NCBI GenBank assembly: GCA_030694935.1 | Contig: JAUYUA010000092.1 | Location: 108,345-172,344, forward strand | Source of the DNA: Lutibacter sp. | GTDB taxonomy: Bacteria > Bacteroidota > Bacteroidia > Flavobacteriales > Flavobacteriaceae | Direction: 5' to 3' | Length of the DNA stretch: 64,000 nt | In this document: piece by piece, positions 37,901-46,328 of the stretch | Layout: each line of letters opens with the position of its first letter | How positions within the stretch are numbered: the stretch's first letter is position 1 | Translations under genes and position numbers: made by a program | The notes under the pieces: model-generated | What the model saw: only the letters and a program-made list of their open reading frames with translations | Databases searched by the model: none | Told to the model about the DNA's origin: nothing

Positions 37901-39847
37901 TCGGCAATTTTTCAACCTGGCTTGCCATTTTTACCGGGAGTTGCTTTTTATGGCTTTGGAGGCGGCGCATCAAACAATATGTTGGCAACCATAAATAACA
38001 GCACAAAAAAATATGATTTTACGCCTAAAAAAGGCAGTTTAGGATTTAAAGTGCTTGCCGTAATTGGAACCACACCTAAAGTTGAATCATTTAATGCCGA
38101 TGTTGGGTTAAACGGACAATTTTCAGCTGGTCAAGGAATGTACAATATTGGTTTTACGGGCGATTTTTATATTGGTGCGCCATTGCTTCCTCAAATAGAA
38201 AGAGATAAAGCACAAATTAAAGGAAGTGTTATTGCCGACTATAATTTCCCTGATAAACATTTTTATATGTATGCGGCTGTTACTGTAAATGCGCCGCCAA
38301 TTACCACACCAAGTCCGGCTGAATTAACCTTGGACACCAATGGGAAAACAAACAAATGGTTTTTTAAATTTGGTGAACCTACCGACACCAATGTAGTCAG
38401 TATTTTTAGCGTAAATTTATATGAATATTTAATGTTCGGAAACGACATTAAAGCGCCTGTAAATGGTTTTACCGAAGGTTTCAGAAACAGTTATTACAGT
38501 GTTGTAAATCAATATCCGGGCATCCCGTCATTTCCTGGTGTTGATGGCAATTCTGCTACCGGAAGAGGTTTTGCTTTAGGCGTTGGAATAAAAATCGATA
38601 AAAATTTTAATACGCATATAGTAAATGGATACTATTTGGATCTTGTGATGGCTGCCGGCGCAGAAGTCAATTTAAGTATGATGGAATACATCGGACAAAA
38701 TTGTGCCAATCCTTCCCAGCGCATCGGTTTAAATGGTTGGAGAGCAAGAGGAAATATTGGTTTTTATGTTGATGCAGGTGCGAAAGTGGTGAAAGGAAAT
38801 GACACTTGGAATTTGGCAAGTATAAAAGCAGGCGGCTGGTTAGACGCTAAATTTCCGAGGCCAACTTATGTGGCTGGCGCCGTTCAGGGAAATATACAAA
38901 TAGGAGGTTTTACAACTAAAATACACACATTGGGCGATTGCAATGCGGGTGATGGCGCCTATCATGTAGGCAAACAAAATGATCATTGGGGCGTGAACAA
39001 ATGGACTAGTTGCACACACCTCCAATATCACTATCTTGTAAATCAATCATTTAACAAAACTTTTGATTGGGGTGACAATTGCGGCAGTGGCGATACAACA
39101 CAACCGGCAAGCACAGGGCCTGCAATTGCGCAACAAGACGCCGCGGCAGACCAGGAACAGCTATTGATAAAATATGTTCATCCAGGAACCACCTATAATT
39201 TTCCTACAACAATGCCAATTGCCGTAAAATATGGTTTGCCGTTAAATGAGGAATTTGACGTTTCCGAACAACAAAGCAGCGGCAGCATCATTAACAGAAC
39301 ATTTAAATTGGTGACCACAGTAACGCTTCAAGAAAAAAATGAAACTACCGGCGTATATGCAAGTATCAATAAAAAATTTAGCAAAAATAATTTAGGGGAA
39401 TATTTGTATGTTAAGGTTGGTCCAATGATAGCGCAACAACAGGCCGTTGTATTGCCAGTGACAAATATGAAAAACAAGACACTCACGCCGCAAGCGGCTG
39501 TTGTCCAAATTTCCAATATGCCTGTAAGCAATGTGCCCAATAATATCAGCAATGTTAGTTTGTCAAAAAATGTTGCAATACAAACATTTTATCCTGCGCC
39601 TGAAGCTGGCGAATATGACAACTTACCACCTGAGCCAGCAGCCGTTGTAAATGCTCTTGAGCTAAATAAATGGTATAAAATTATAGTGGTTGCCAATTTA
39701 CAGGAATTTAAAAATAACGTTTGGGTAAATGCACTTAAATCAAATGGAAGTCCGGTTACGCAAACAGTAACCAAAACTTTCAGAACAGGACCAATGCAAC
39801 TGGTTAGCACAAATAAAGTCATTAATAACACTATTAAAAGCAACTAA
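34988..39847 (+). CDS. Giant secreted hypothetical protein (1,619 aa), no recognisable catalytic or sorting motif
   Basis: Sec signal peptide (..FQGFAQ). Two N-terminal Ig-like modules are shared with ORF 43848-44735. Long beta-rich G/N/T-rich body. No T9SS CTD. Confidence 0.7.
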   Translation: MKKHLVLLLLAITFQGFAQTNLITGINISLPANPSGNIAEWSKSMPPFMISAQTRMENGKVSPMVTESRILVSIKGNGAVCGNYTVDNAPSSNFNSPAKVWSGEAALNLLGKTCVLKPGNYELCVKFYGYGAVGQVLIGESCKSFTIKETEHKSYQPPQPLTPVNGLSYTTGDFAQPQLFRWTPIVPKPQEPVTYRLKVWQLTEGQTGTQAMKANQPIITKDVENMTQVVINNIIDGPCKPPYLCDFVWNVQALNKEGNPIGENKGISSPFQFAVNEAAPNVNKSMPVNEEEEVVVPTGNIAVNDTIYAGYNGEFAIITTQVSGTNKFSGKGTAFINWLKARVSVKFDSITVDTNKKLLTGKILAEIHATAPVYPQDWALEIVANNPWANSAASSMVTWVESQTNQTIPYNNLTEVTTPVKLPLGLNFPNGDQLAITELVFRNNKSEFNLVTSKTTPQDWGNPVQLVGFIAKNIEFHPSNIKMPPNRIELVEDVTIIANPKINFTFKKPTNSNTGCFVEWGENGFSQFGIEIHSEFTRDWLLPSPDDGISKTKAKLFALGTAWNDLVLTGTLDKSEIVSAQGMTVLADSLSYDMSDVLNPPSITFPENYDGETSNLFRGFYMKELVVEMPTTWQTNSGGKPQISVQNMIIDNTGITLFAEATNVVQFPNANVADLVASIDTVHVEIESSSLVEASVKGRIGLPVSKADSIQNPLKYIALFNNAQLPSQTSYFQLTIEPTGPIYANLLKGVMTLAQTSNIVAYVDKNKKTFQTMLNGNFVWNNVKLGPVKNVNMNIGFQGIAMNYDSSLASNKFTFNAGAWSFASPQKFLANFPVTIDNIGFKQLPTTGSQMLHGKLNFDVIFNLSTDVGGQSKLAVELAIEDNQNASGLGKFKPKYIGTSISDISVYANLPAVSIDGTIQFRNDDPVFGNGFKGTLQATFKAPKVSISALAEFGNTSYLHTSTYRYWRVEASAIFQPGLPFLPGVAFYGFGGGASNNMLATINNSTKKYDFTPKKGSLGFKVLAVIGTTPKVESFNADVGLNGQFSAGQGMYNIGFTGDFYIGAPLLPQIERDKAQIKGSVIADYNFPDKHFYMYAAVTVNAPPITTPSPAELTLDTNGKTNKWFFKFGEPTDTNVVSIFSVNLYEYLMFGNDIKAPVNGFTEGFRNSYYSVVNQYPGIPSFPGVDGNSATGRGFALGVGIKIDKNFNTHIVNGYYLDLVMAAGAEVNLSMMEYIGQNCANPSQRIGLNGWRARGNIGFYVDAGAKVVKGNDTWNLASIKAGGWLDAKFPRPTYVAGAVQGNIQIGGFTTKIHTLGDCNAGDGAYHVGKQNDHWGVNKWTSCTHLQYHYLVNQSFNKTFDWGDNCGSGDTTQPASTGPAIAQQDAAADQEQLLIKYVHPGTTYNFPTTMPIAVKYGLPLNEEFDVSEQQSSGSIINRTFKLVTTVTLQEKNETTGVYASINKKFSKNNLGEYLYVKVGPMIAQQQAVVLPVTNMKNKTLTPQAAVVQISNMPVSNVPNNISNVSLSKNVAIQTFYPAPEAGEYDNLPPEPAAVVNALELNKWYKIIVVANLQEFKNNVWVNALKSNGSPVTQTVTKTFRTGPMQLVSTNKVINNTIKSN

Positions 39848-41961
39848 TGAAAAAATCTATAAATAAATATTCGATCCTTTCAATGGCACTATTTATGTTT
39901 TTTTCAAGCATAAATGCACAAGAAAGCAATGAGGAACAGCCAACAAGCATTATCAATATGGTTGCGCGTTACTTACCTGAAGACAATGCAGTAGAAATGC
40001 GATTTTTTCCCGATAAAAAATCTATTTTATATTCCGGCATAAAATTCGGTTTTGTGGTAGAAAGAGCTGAAATTTCTGAAGAGATAAAAGTAGAAGCAGA
40101 TTTAAAATATATCAAAATTGCTGAAGTTTTTCCTTATAATGAAGGGCAATGGACTGCCGCTTTTTCAAAAGGAGACGATGAAACAAAGCACAATTTAAAC
40201 CTTGCAAAAGACTTTTTTGACAATATAGACAAACAAACCGGAGGAAAATTCAATTTTGATGAGGGCATAAAAGAAATGAAAGAACAAAAAAGCAAGGAAG
40301 ATTTCGAATACTTAATTTTTGTGATGAATGCCATTAAAGATAAGGATGTAGCCGAAGCAATTGGATTGTCTTATACAGATAAAACCGTTCAAAAGAATAA
40401 AAATTATTTGTATCGGATTAAATTAAATAAAGAACCAAAATCAGCTTACAAAGTTGTTGGATTGCCTTTTAATATTGAAACTGCCGTAAATAAAAAGCAA
40501 GAGGAAAGAAAAATATACACGGTTACTGGCGACAAAGAATTGACTTTTCTTTGGGAAGAAAGTGATATGGTTTCCGGCGCTTTGGTTGAACGAAAAAACA
40601 ATAAAACCGGAAATTACGAACCATTGAATGAAACACCCGTTTACACGTTGGGTGAAACATCAAATCGAAATGGTTATAAAGACGAAAATTTAACAAATTA
40701 CCAATGGTATGAATATCGTTTTTACGGTTACAATCCTTTTGGGGAAAAAATTCTTTTTGGTTCAGCAAAAGCAATGCCTAAAGATCTTACGCCTCCAAAA
40801 AAACCACTGCTCATAAAAGCCAAACATGAAAAATTTGATGAAGTTTTGGTTGAGTGGAATGTTACCGATCCTATAGATAATGATTTAAAAGGATTTATAG
40901 TGGCTCGCGGCGAAATCAATGATGGAAATTTTCAAATTCTGCATCAAAATTTATTGTCAAAAAGCACAAGAAGTTTTACCGATAAAACTTTTAGCGGCGT
41001 AAAAAGCAATTATTATGTTGTTCAGGCAATTGACACCAGCGGAAATATAAGTTCTACAACGCCGGCTTTTGTAACAATTACAGATTCAATTCCGCCTGCA
41101 AAACCTAAATTTATTTCAGGAAAAATTGATTCTTTGGGCATTGTTACCATAAACATTGAGATGAATAAAGAATTGGATTTAATGGGCTACAGATTGTATA
41201 GGTCCAACAGCGATGAACACGAATTTTCTTTGATACGTGAAGGCTTTAGTGAAAACGATTCAATCATAAAGCCAGTTCAAGTAATTTTTAAGGACACGGT
41301 AACATTAAATTCACTCACGCCTTATATTTATTATAAAATTATTGCATTAGATTTCAATTTTAACCAATCAGAATCTTCTGAAATAATAAAAGTGAAACGT
41401 CCAGATAAAATTCCTCCAACAACGCCGGTGTTTAAAAATGTAATTGTTAAACAAAATGAAATAGAACTGCATTTTGCATTAAGCGAAAGTGAAGATGTTG
41501 TGGAACAATATCTCTATCGAAAATTAAAAACGGACGCGCCTTGGGAATTGCTCAGCAAATTGGACAATAAGTTAACATCCTTTACCGATAAAAAGTTAAA
41601 ACAGGGAACCGTTTATTTCTATTCTTTACGCGCAAAAGACGACAGCAATTTATTCTCGGAATATGCAAAGCCTGTTTATGGAAAACCGTTCGATAATGGC
41701 GTAAGGCCTCCTATAAAAATCCTTGTCATTAAAAAGGACGACAAGGATATTTCACTTTCCTGGGAATATGAATTTTTGAATGACAATACCTATTTTGTAA
41801 TTTATAAAGCAGATAAAAAGGGCAATTTAATTCAGTATAAAAACACCACCAAACTTCTTTTTAAAGAGCCTGTTGGCAAAGAAACAAACAGTTATGCGGT
41901 TAAAGTATTCACAAAAGATGGCGGACAGTCGAAAATTAGCAATACGGTAATCATTAGATAA
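39847..41961 (+). CDS. Secreted protein with 4-5 tandem fibronectin-type-III-like modules
   Basis: Signal peptide. ~100-aa modules are delimited by PPKKP / PPAKP / PPTTP / PPIK, each with L-x-W ... Y-x-Y-x-(V/I)-x-A-x-D ... S pattern. Start overlaps the upstream stop (TAATG). Confidence 0.65.
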   Translation: MKKSINKYSILSMALFMFFSSINAQESNEEQPTSIINMVARYLPEDNAVEMRFFPDKKSILYSGIKFGFVVERAEISEEIKVEADLKYIKIAEVFPYNEGQWTAAFSKGDDETKHNLNLAKDFFDNIDKQTGGKFNFDEGIKEMKEQKSKEDFEYLIFVMNAIKDKDVAEAIGLSYTDKTVQKNKNYLYRIKLNKEPKSAYKVVGLPFNIETAVNKKQEERKIYTVTGDKELTFLWEESDMVSGALVERKNNKTGNYEPLNETPVYTLGETSNRNGYKDENLTNYQWYEYRFYGYNPFGEKILFGSAKAMPKDLTPPKKPLLIKAKHEKFDEVLVEWNVTDPIDNDLKGFIVARGEINDGNFQILHQNLLSKSTRSFTDKTFSGVKSNYYVVQAIDTSGNISSTTPAFVTITDSIPPAKPKFISGKIDSLGIVTINIEMNKELDLMGYRLYRSNSDEHEFSLIREGFSENDSIIKPVQVIFKDTVTLNSLTPYIYYKIIALDFNFNQSESSEIIKVKRPDKIPPTTPVFKNVIVKQNEIELHFALSESEDVVEQYLYRKLKTDAPWELLSKLDNKLTSFTDKKLKQGTVYFYSLRAKDDSNLFSEYAKPVYGKPFDNGVRPPIKILVIKKDDKDISLSWEYEFLNDNTYFVIYKADKKGNLIQYKNTTKLLFKEPVGKETNSYAVKVFTKDGGQSKISNTVIIR

Positions 41962-42089
41962 TAGAGGAATATTGAAGTGGAATTTTTCGATGTTATAAAA
42001 TATTATTTATGCCTTTTATGAATTTAAAAAAATCAAAATGAAGAATTCTTATATCAAAATTAAGCAAAATAATATTTAATCAAAACCAA

Positions 42090-43823
42090 ATGAAGCAACT
42101 CAAAAAAACGGCAGTAATTATTATTTTGTTGCTTGCTTTTCAAGCAAATGCACAAGAAAAGAAATATGCTTTTTCCGTAAAAGGTGATATGGGAATATGG
42201 TATGAAGGTTATGGGCTCGATAAAAATCCAAGTCCGGCCGTACCCGATTTTTATTCCGCCAGAAAACCTTGGAATTTAGTGCGATATTCCTTCAATCCAA
42301 CTTTTTCAATTGGCAAATGGGAAATTCCTATGAATTTTAATTTCAGTCCTATGATAACCAATTTCATTACACCGGCTGGAACGAAACAAAATGTGTGGCA
42401 ATTTTTAACAAATCCGGCGAATAATTTTGGTTTGCGCCCTAAAATTGGAACTACAGAATTTCTGTTGGGTACACAAACCTTAAAATACAGTGATTTAAGT
42501 ACCGGAGATTTGGGTGTTTTTGGGTATGGCGTTAATTTATCACCAGGAAAATTCAGAATTAAATTATTTAAAGGTGTCTCACAAAGTCCTGTCAATTACG
42601 AAGCGCCAACGCTTCCAAATCCTGCTGGCGTAATTGGAGCTTATCAACGCAACCAATGGATGGCACAAATTGGTCTTGAAAAAGAGGGAAGTTATTTTAC
42701 CGGATTCAATTTTGTGAAATCTATCGACAAACGAAATTCTGTAACAACACCGCCTTTGTCGCCTATTGATCCGCAGGAAAACATGGTCGTTACTTTTTTA
42801 ACCACGGCCAATTCAGAAAACGGATGGAAATATCATATTGAACTCGGACAAAGTTTTCATACGCTTAATTTAAATACGCCGCTATCTTCTGTTCCGGTGG
42901 AGGATTTCAAACCTTTTATCAACGCACATATTTCTTCTTCAAAAGACAATGCGGTTTTATTGGGTCTGGCCAAAAAAGGACAAGATTGGGAAATTGGCAC
43001 AAAATTTAAATATTTTGGTGCCGGCTATTTTACCGCGGGATATCCTTTTATGAACAATGACCTTATTGATTACCTTATTGATGCGCGGTTTAACGCCTGG
43101 AAAAAGAAAGTGAATGTGGTTGCCAGTATCGGCGAGCGTTTTGGAAATTTAAGCCTTACTTCTGGTCCGGACAAAACCAGACAAATTATTGCCAATGTGA
43201 ATGTATTTACGCAATTTAGCGACAAACTTAGTTTGAATATGAGTTTTAACAATTTTGGTTATGATGCACCAGATTTGTCGGGATACAAAAGCGTGAGCAA
43301 TGAACTCAGTATAAATCATTCCTATAGTTGGAGCAGCACTAAAATGAGTCATTTAATAAGCGCCACATACACCAAGAGTACTTATGATGAAACCATTGTT
43401 TTTGTTACCACGCACAACAATACACAAACAGCATTGCTGCTGTATGTTCCAACATTTTTCGAAAAAAAGATTAGTCCGGATTTTAGTTTAATGTGGTTCA
43501 AAAATACAGCGCCTGCAATTGACCTTTCTTTGTTTACTGCTTCAAGCGGATTGAAATGGAAGGTGAACCAAAAATTTAATTTAAAAGGTCAGGTTCAATA
43601 CAATTTAACCACGATGAAACCTTTTACAGCAAATAAAAACTTATTGGCAACAGCGGGCTATGAATGGGAAATTTATAAAAAACTGTCTTGGCAATTTTCT
43701 TTGACGGCGAATGTTTTCAAATTTGGAACAGAATTGCCCGGAAACTCTTTAATTCCTATTTACTCTGGCAATCCACAGTATTTTGAGACGACTATGCGGA
43801 CAGGATTGCGTTATAAATTTTAA
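42090..43823 (+). CDS. Predicted large outer-membrane beta-barrel protein (577 aa), family unknown
   Basis: Signal peptide (..FQANAQ), alternating amphipathic beta-strand pattern throughout, C-terminal TGLRYKF aromatic beta-signal. Confidence 0.6.
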   Translation: MKQLKKTAVIIILLLAFQANAQEKKYAFSVKGDMGIWYEGYGLDKNPSPAVPDFYSARKPWNLVRYSFNPTFSIGKWEIPMNFNFSPMITNFITPAGTKQNVWQFLTNPANNFGLRPKIGTTEFLLGTQTLKYSDLSTGDLGVFGYGVNLSPGKFRIKLFKGVSQSPVNYEAPTLPNPAGVIGAYQRNQWMAQIGLEKEGSYFTGFNFVKSIDKRNSVTTPPLSPIDPQENMVVTFLTTANSENGWKYHIELGQSFHTLNLNTPLSSVPVEDFKPFINAHISSSKDNAVLLGLAKKGQDWEIGTKFKYFGAGYFTAGYPFMNNDLIDYLIDARFNAWKKKVNVVASIGERFGNLSLTSGPDKTRQIIANVNVFTQFSDKLSLNMSFNNFGYDAPDLSGYKSVSNELSINHSYSWSSTKMSHLISATYTKSTYDETIVFVTTHNNTQTALLLYVPTFFEKKISPDFSLMWFKNTAPAIDLSLFTASSGLKWKVNQKFNLKGQVQYNLTTMKPFTANKNLLATAGYEWEIYKKLSWQFSLTANVFKFGTELPGNSLIPIYSGNPQYFETTMRTGLRYKF

Positions 43824-43847
43824 AAAACAAACGAATATTCAACTAAA

Positions 43848-44735
43848 ATGAAAAAATATAATTTAATAACAGCCCTTGGATTTTTTCTGATTGTTCAGAT
43901 GGCTCAGTCACAAATTACCGTAAACTTGGCTTTAAACAGCAGGCCGCAACCTTGGTTGTCGCAATGGGGAAATCCGATAAACGGACAAATGATTATCACC
44001 TATATGAAAGGACCTGTGCAAGGCGAGGCCCAAGTTAAACTCAGGACAACTTTATCAGATGAAAGCGGAAGCATTGTTGGCGCGTCAAATATTAATGCAT
44101 CTCGTATTTATACTTTAAGAGAAGGCGTAAACCTATTTACGATGGCCGATGCTTTGCAATTGCAAAATTTAGTTTTATCGGGAAAAGTGCAAAATACGCT
44201 TCAACGCACCGGGCGATTGGCTGCCGGCCAATACCAATTAAAAGTTGAAGTGGTAAATGTTTCTGGCGAGGCGGTTTTTGCGCGCCAGACTCATCCGTTT
44301 TTTATCACTTCTTACCAATTGCCTAAATTAATGGTTCCTGCCGACGGCGCACAATTGGACGCACTTGTTGCCCAAAGTTTGATTACTTTTCGTTGGACTG
44401 GATTGGTGCCGAATACCTCCGAACTTCCTACTTATCGTGTTCAGGTTTTTGAAATTTTGCCCGGGCAAACACCGATGCAGGCATTTCGCGGAAACTTTCC
44501 CATTTTAGATGAACCCGCTTTGCGAGGCACAACACAATATATTTGGAGAACCAGTCTGCCGATGTTAGATGATACCGCCAACCAAAAATTTATATGGACA
44601 GTGCAAACACTTGATATGGAAGGGCACCCAGTTCCAAGTAATGATATGAATAATCAGGGAAGAAGTGAACCAGCCGTTTTCACCATCATAAACCAAATGG
44701 GCGCTGGCAATAAGGACAAAATGAACGAAGATTAA
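43848..44735 (+). CDS. Secreted hypothetical protein, paralog of the N-terminal ~275 aa of the 1,619-aa protein
   Basis: Signal peptide. Collinear matches include YQxP, FRWT, VP, TYRxxV, GQTxxQA and WxVQxLxxEGxP at equivalent positions (Y156 vs Y155). Confidence 0.65.
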   Translation: MKKYNLITALGFFLIVQMAQSQITVNLALNSRPQPWLSQWGNPINGQMIITYMKGPVQGEAQVKLRTTLSDESGSIVGASNINASRIYTLREGVNLFTMADALQLQNLVLSGKVQNTLQRTGRLAAGQYQLKVEVVNVSGEAVFARQTHPFFITSYQLPKLMVPADGAQLDALVAQSLITFRWTGLVPNTSELPTYRVQVFEILPGQTPMQAFRGNFPILDEPALRGTTQYIWRTSLPMLDDTANQKFIWTVQTLDMEGHPVPSNDMNNQGRSEPAVFTIINQMGAGNKDKMNED

Positions 44736-44745
44736 ATAAAAGCGC

Positions 44746-46266
44746 ATGAAAAAAATTATCAGTATCATCGTTTTTGGAATTTTAGCGCTACAACTAGCAG
44801 CCCAAGTTCCGCAAGAAAGAAAGCCTTCAACCTTGGCGTTTCATATTTTTTATAACGATTTTAATACCGCCCAGCAAATCAAAACAAGCTCTTTAAATAA
44901 TGTGCTTAAAAATCACCTTTGGAGTAAAATTGGCGATATGCAAACGGGATTCGGAATTAATTACTTAAAGGGAATTCGCAATAAAATTGATTTTGTTGCC
45001 ACAATTGATGGCAGTTGGACAGATTATCTTTATGACGATGGCACATTTTACGGAAGCAATGAATTTTTATTGGATGCCAATGCCGCTCTGAATTTTAAAA
45101 TGTTGACCGATCGACATACGCTTGTGCCATATATTTCAAGTGGTGTTGGAGTTTCGTTATATCAGGGCAAAACGGGTTTTTATGTTCCTGTTGGCGCCGG
45201 ATTGCAATTCAATGTATTTGATGAAGCTTTTATTTTTACAAATATTCAGTACCGTTACGCGTTGACTTCCTCAGTTAATGACCATTTTAATTATACAATT
45301 GGCATCGCTGTTAGCATCGGTAAAAATAAAGTAAAACCTGCGGAAATAGTTGAACTGGTGAAAAAGGAAATATCGAACAAGAATATAATGGTTTCTGTTT
45401 ATGATGAAGCTACAAGTTTGCCTTTATCCAATGTGGAAGTTACTCTTAGCGGACCAGACAATAAAAAACTAAATGTATCTACAAATGCTGTCGGAAAAGC
45501 CGTTTTCACTTCAATAGTCCCTTCAGATTACAGCGTTTCTGGTTTGTTAAATCGTATCAATTCTTCAACCCAAAATATTGAAAAAAATGCTTTTGAGACC
45601 GAAGATAATCAAATCAATATCAGCTTAACCCACAACGATCCGCAGTTTACATTGCAGGGTGTTGTAATCAATAAAACCCAAAATATTCCTGAAGGAAATG
45701 TGGTTATAACAATCAACAACAACACAAATCAAAACATCACTAGCGTACAAAGCAATTCAGGAAGCGGAATTTTTCAATCCCAACTTGAAGCTGAAAGCGA
45801 TTTTACGCTTGTTGGAAAAAAAGCCAATTATATCTCTAACATTGTTAAAGTAAGCACCAAAGGTTTAAACAGAAGTGTAACGCTTTTTGTAAATTTAGAA
45901 TTGGCTATTGAAGAAGCAAAAGTTGGACAAAGTATCGTGTTGAATAATATTTATTTTGAAGTTGGAAAAACAACTGTGAACACTTCTTTTTCATCGGATT
46001 TGGATAAATTAGTGCAATTTTTTAATGACAATACCGAAACAAAGCTTGAGATTCAAGGTCATACAGACAATACAGGAAGTTTGAAACTTAACAATAAACT
46101 AAGTCAGGCCCGTGCAAACAGTATCGTTGATTATTTGGTAAAACAGGGAATTGACAGCCGCCGAATTTCGGCAAAAGGTTTTGGATCGTCGTTTCCAATA
46201 GCCGACAATACAACAGAAAAAGGCAGGGCCAAAAACAGACGCGTGGTCATAAAAGTAATACAATAA
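44746..46266 (+). CDS. OmpA-family protein: N-terminal small beta-barrel, carboxypeptidase-regulatory-like Ig domains, C-terminal OmpA peptidoglycan-binding domain
   Basis: C-terminal NNIYFEVGKTTV...LEIQGHTDNTGS...NNKLSQARANSIVDYL...GRAKNRRVV. Middle segment VSVYDEATSLPLSNVEVTLSG. Confidence 0.85.
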   Translation: MKKIISIIVFGILALQLAAQVPQERKPSTLAFHIFYNDFNTAQQIKTSSLNNVLKNHLWSKIGDMQTGFGINYLKGIRNKIDFVATIDGSWTDYLYDDGTFYGSNEFLLDANAALNFKMLTDRHTLVPYISSGVGVSLYQGKTGFYVPVGAGLQFNVFDEAFIFTNIQYRYALTSSVNDHFNYTIGIAVSIGKNKVKPAEIVELVKKEISNKNIMVSVYDEATSLPLSNVEVTLSGPDNKKLNVSTNAVGKAVFTSIVPSDYSVSGLLNRINSSTQNIEKNAFETEDNQINISLTHNDPQFTLQGVVINKTQNIPEGNVVITINNNTNQNITSVQSNSGSGIFQSQLEAESDFTLVGKKANYISNIVKVSTKGLNRSVTLFVNLELAIEEAKVGQSIVLNNIYFEVGKTTVNTSFSSDLDKLVQFFNDNTETKLEIQGHTDNTGSLKLNNKLSQARANSIVDYLVKQGIDSRRISAKGFGSSFPIADNTTEKGRAKNRRVVIKVIQ

Positions 46267-46290
46267 AGTAGGGTTGCGTTTTATAAATCA

Positions 46291-46328
46291 AAAAACGTCT
46301 TGAAGAATTTCTTAAAGGCGTTTTTTTA
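46291..46328. terminator. Hairpin terminator between convergent ompA-like and helicase genes (copy 2 of the tig terminator segment)
   Basis: AAAAAACGTCTTGAAGAATTTCTTAAAGGCGTTTTTTT. Has one substitution plus small indels relative to 30621-30660. Confidence 0.8.

Noticed and set aside
39600-41961. T9SS C-terminal sorting domains on the 1,619-aa and 704-aa proteins.
   Set aside because: The C-termini (...TFRTGPMQLVSTNKVINNTIKSN and ...YAVKVFTKDGGQSKISNTVIIR) lack the type-B FFTPNGDG/YWY signature seen in ORF 3463-6795. The second looks like the last strand of an FN3 module rather than a type-A CTD. This cannot be fully excluded without profile searches.
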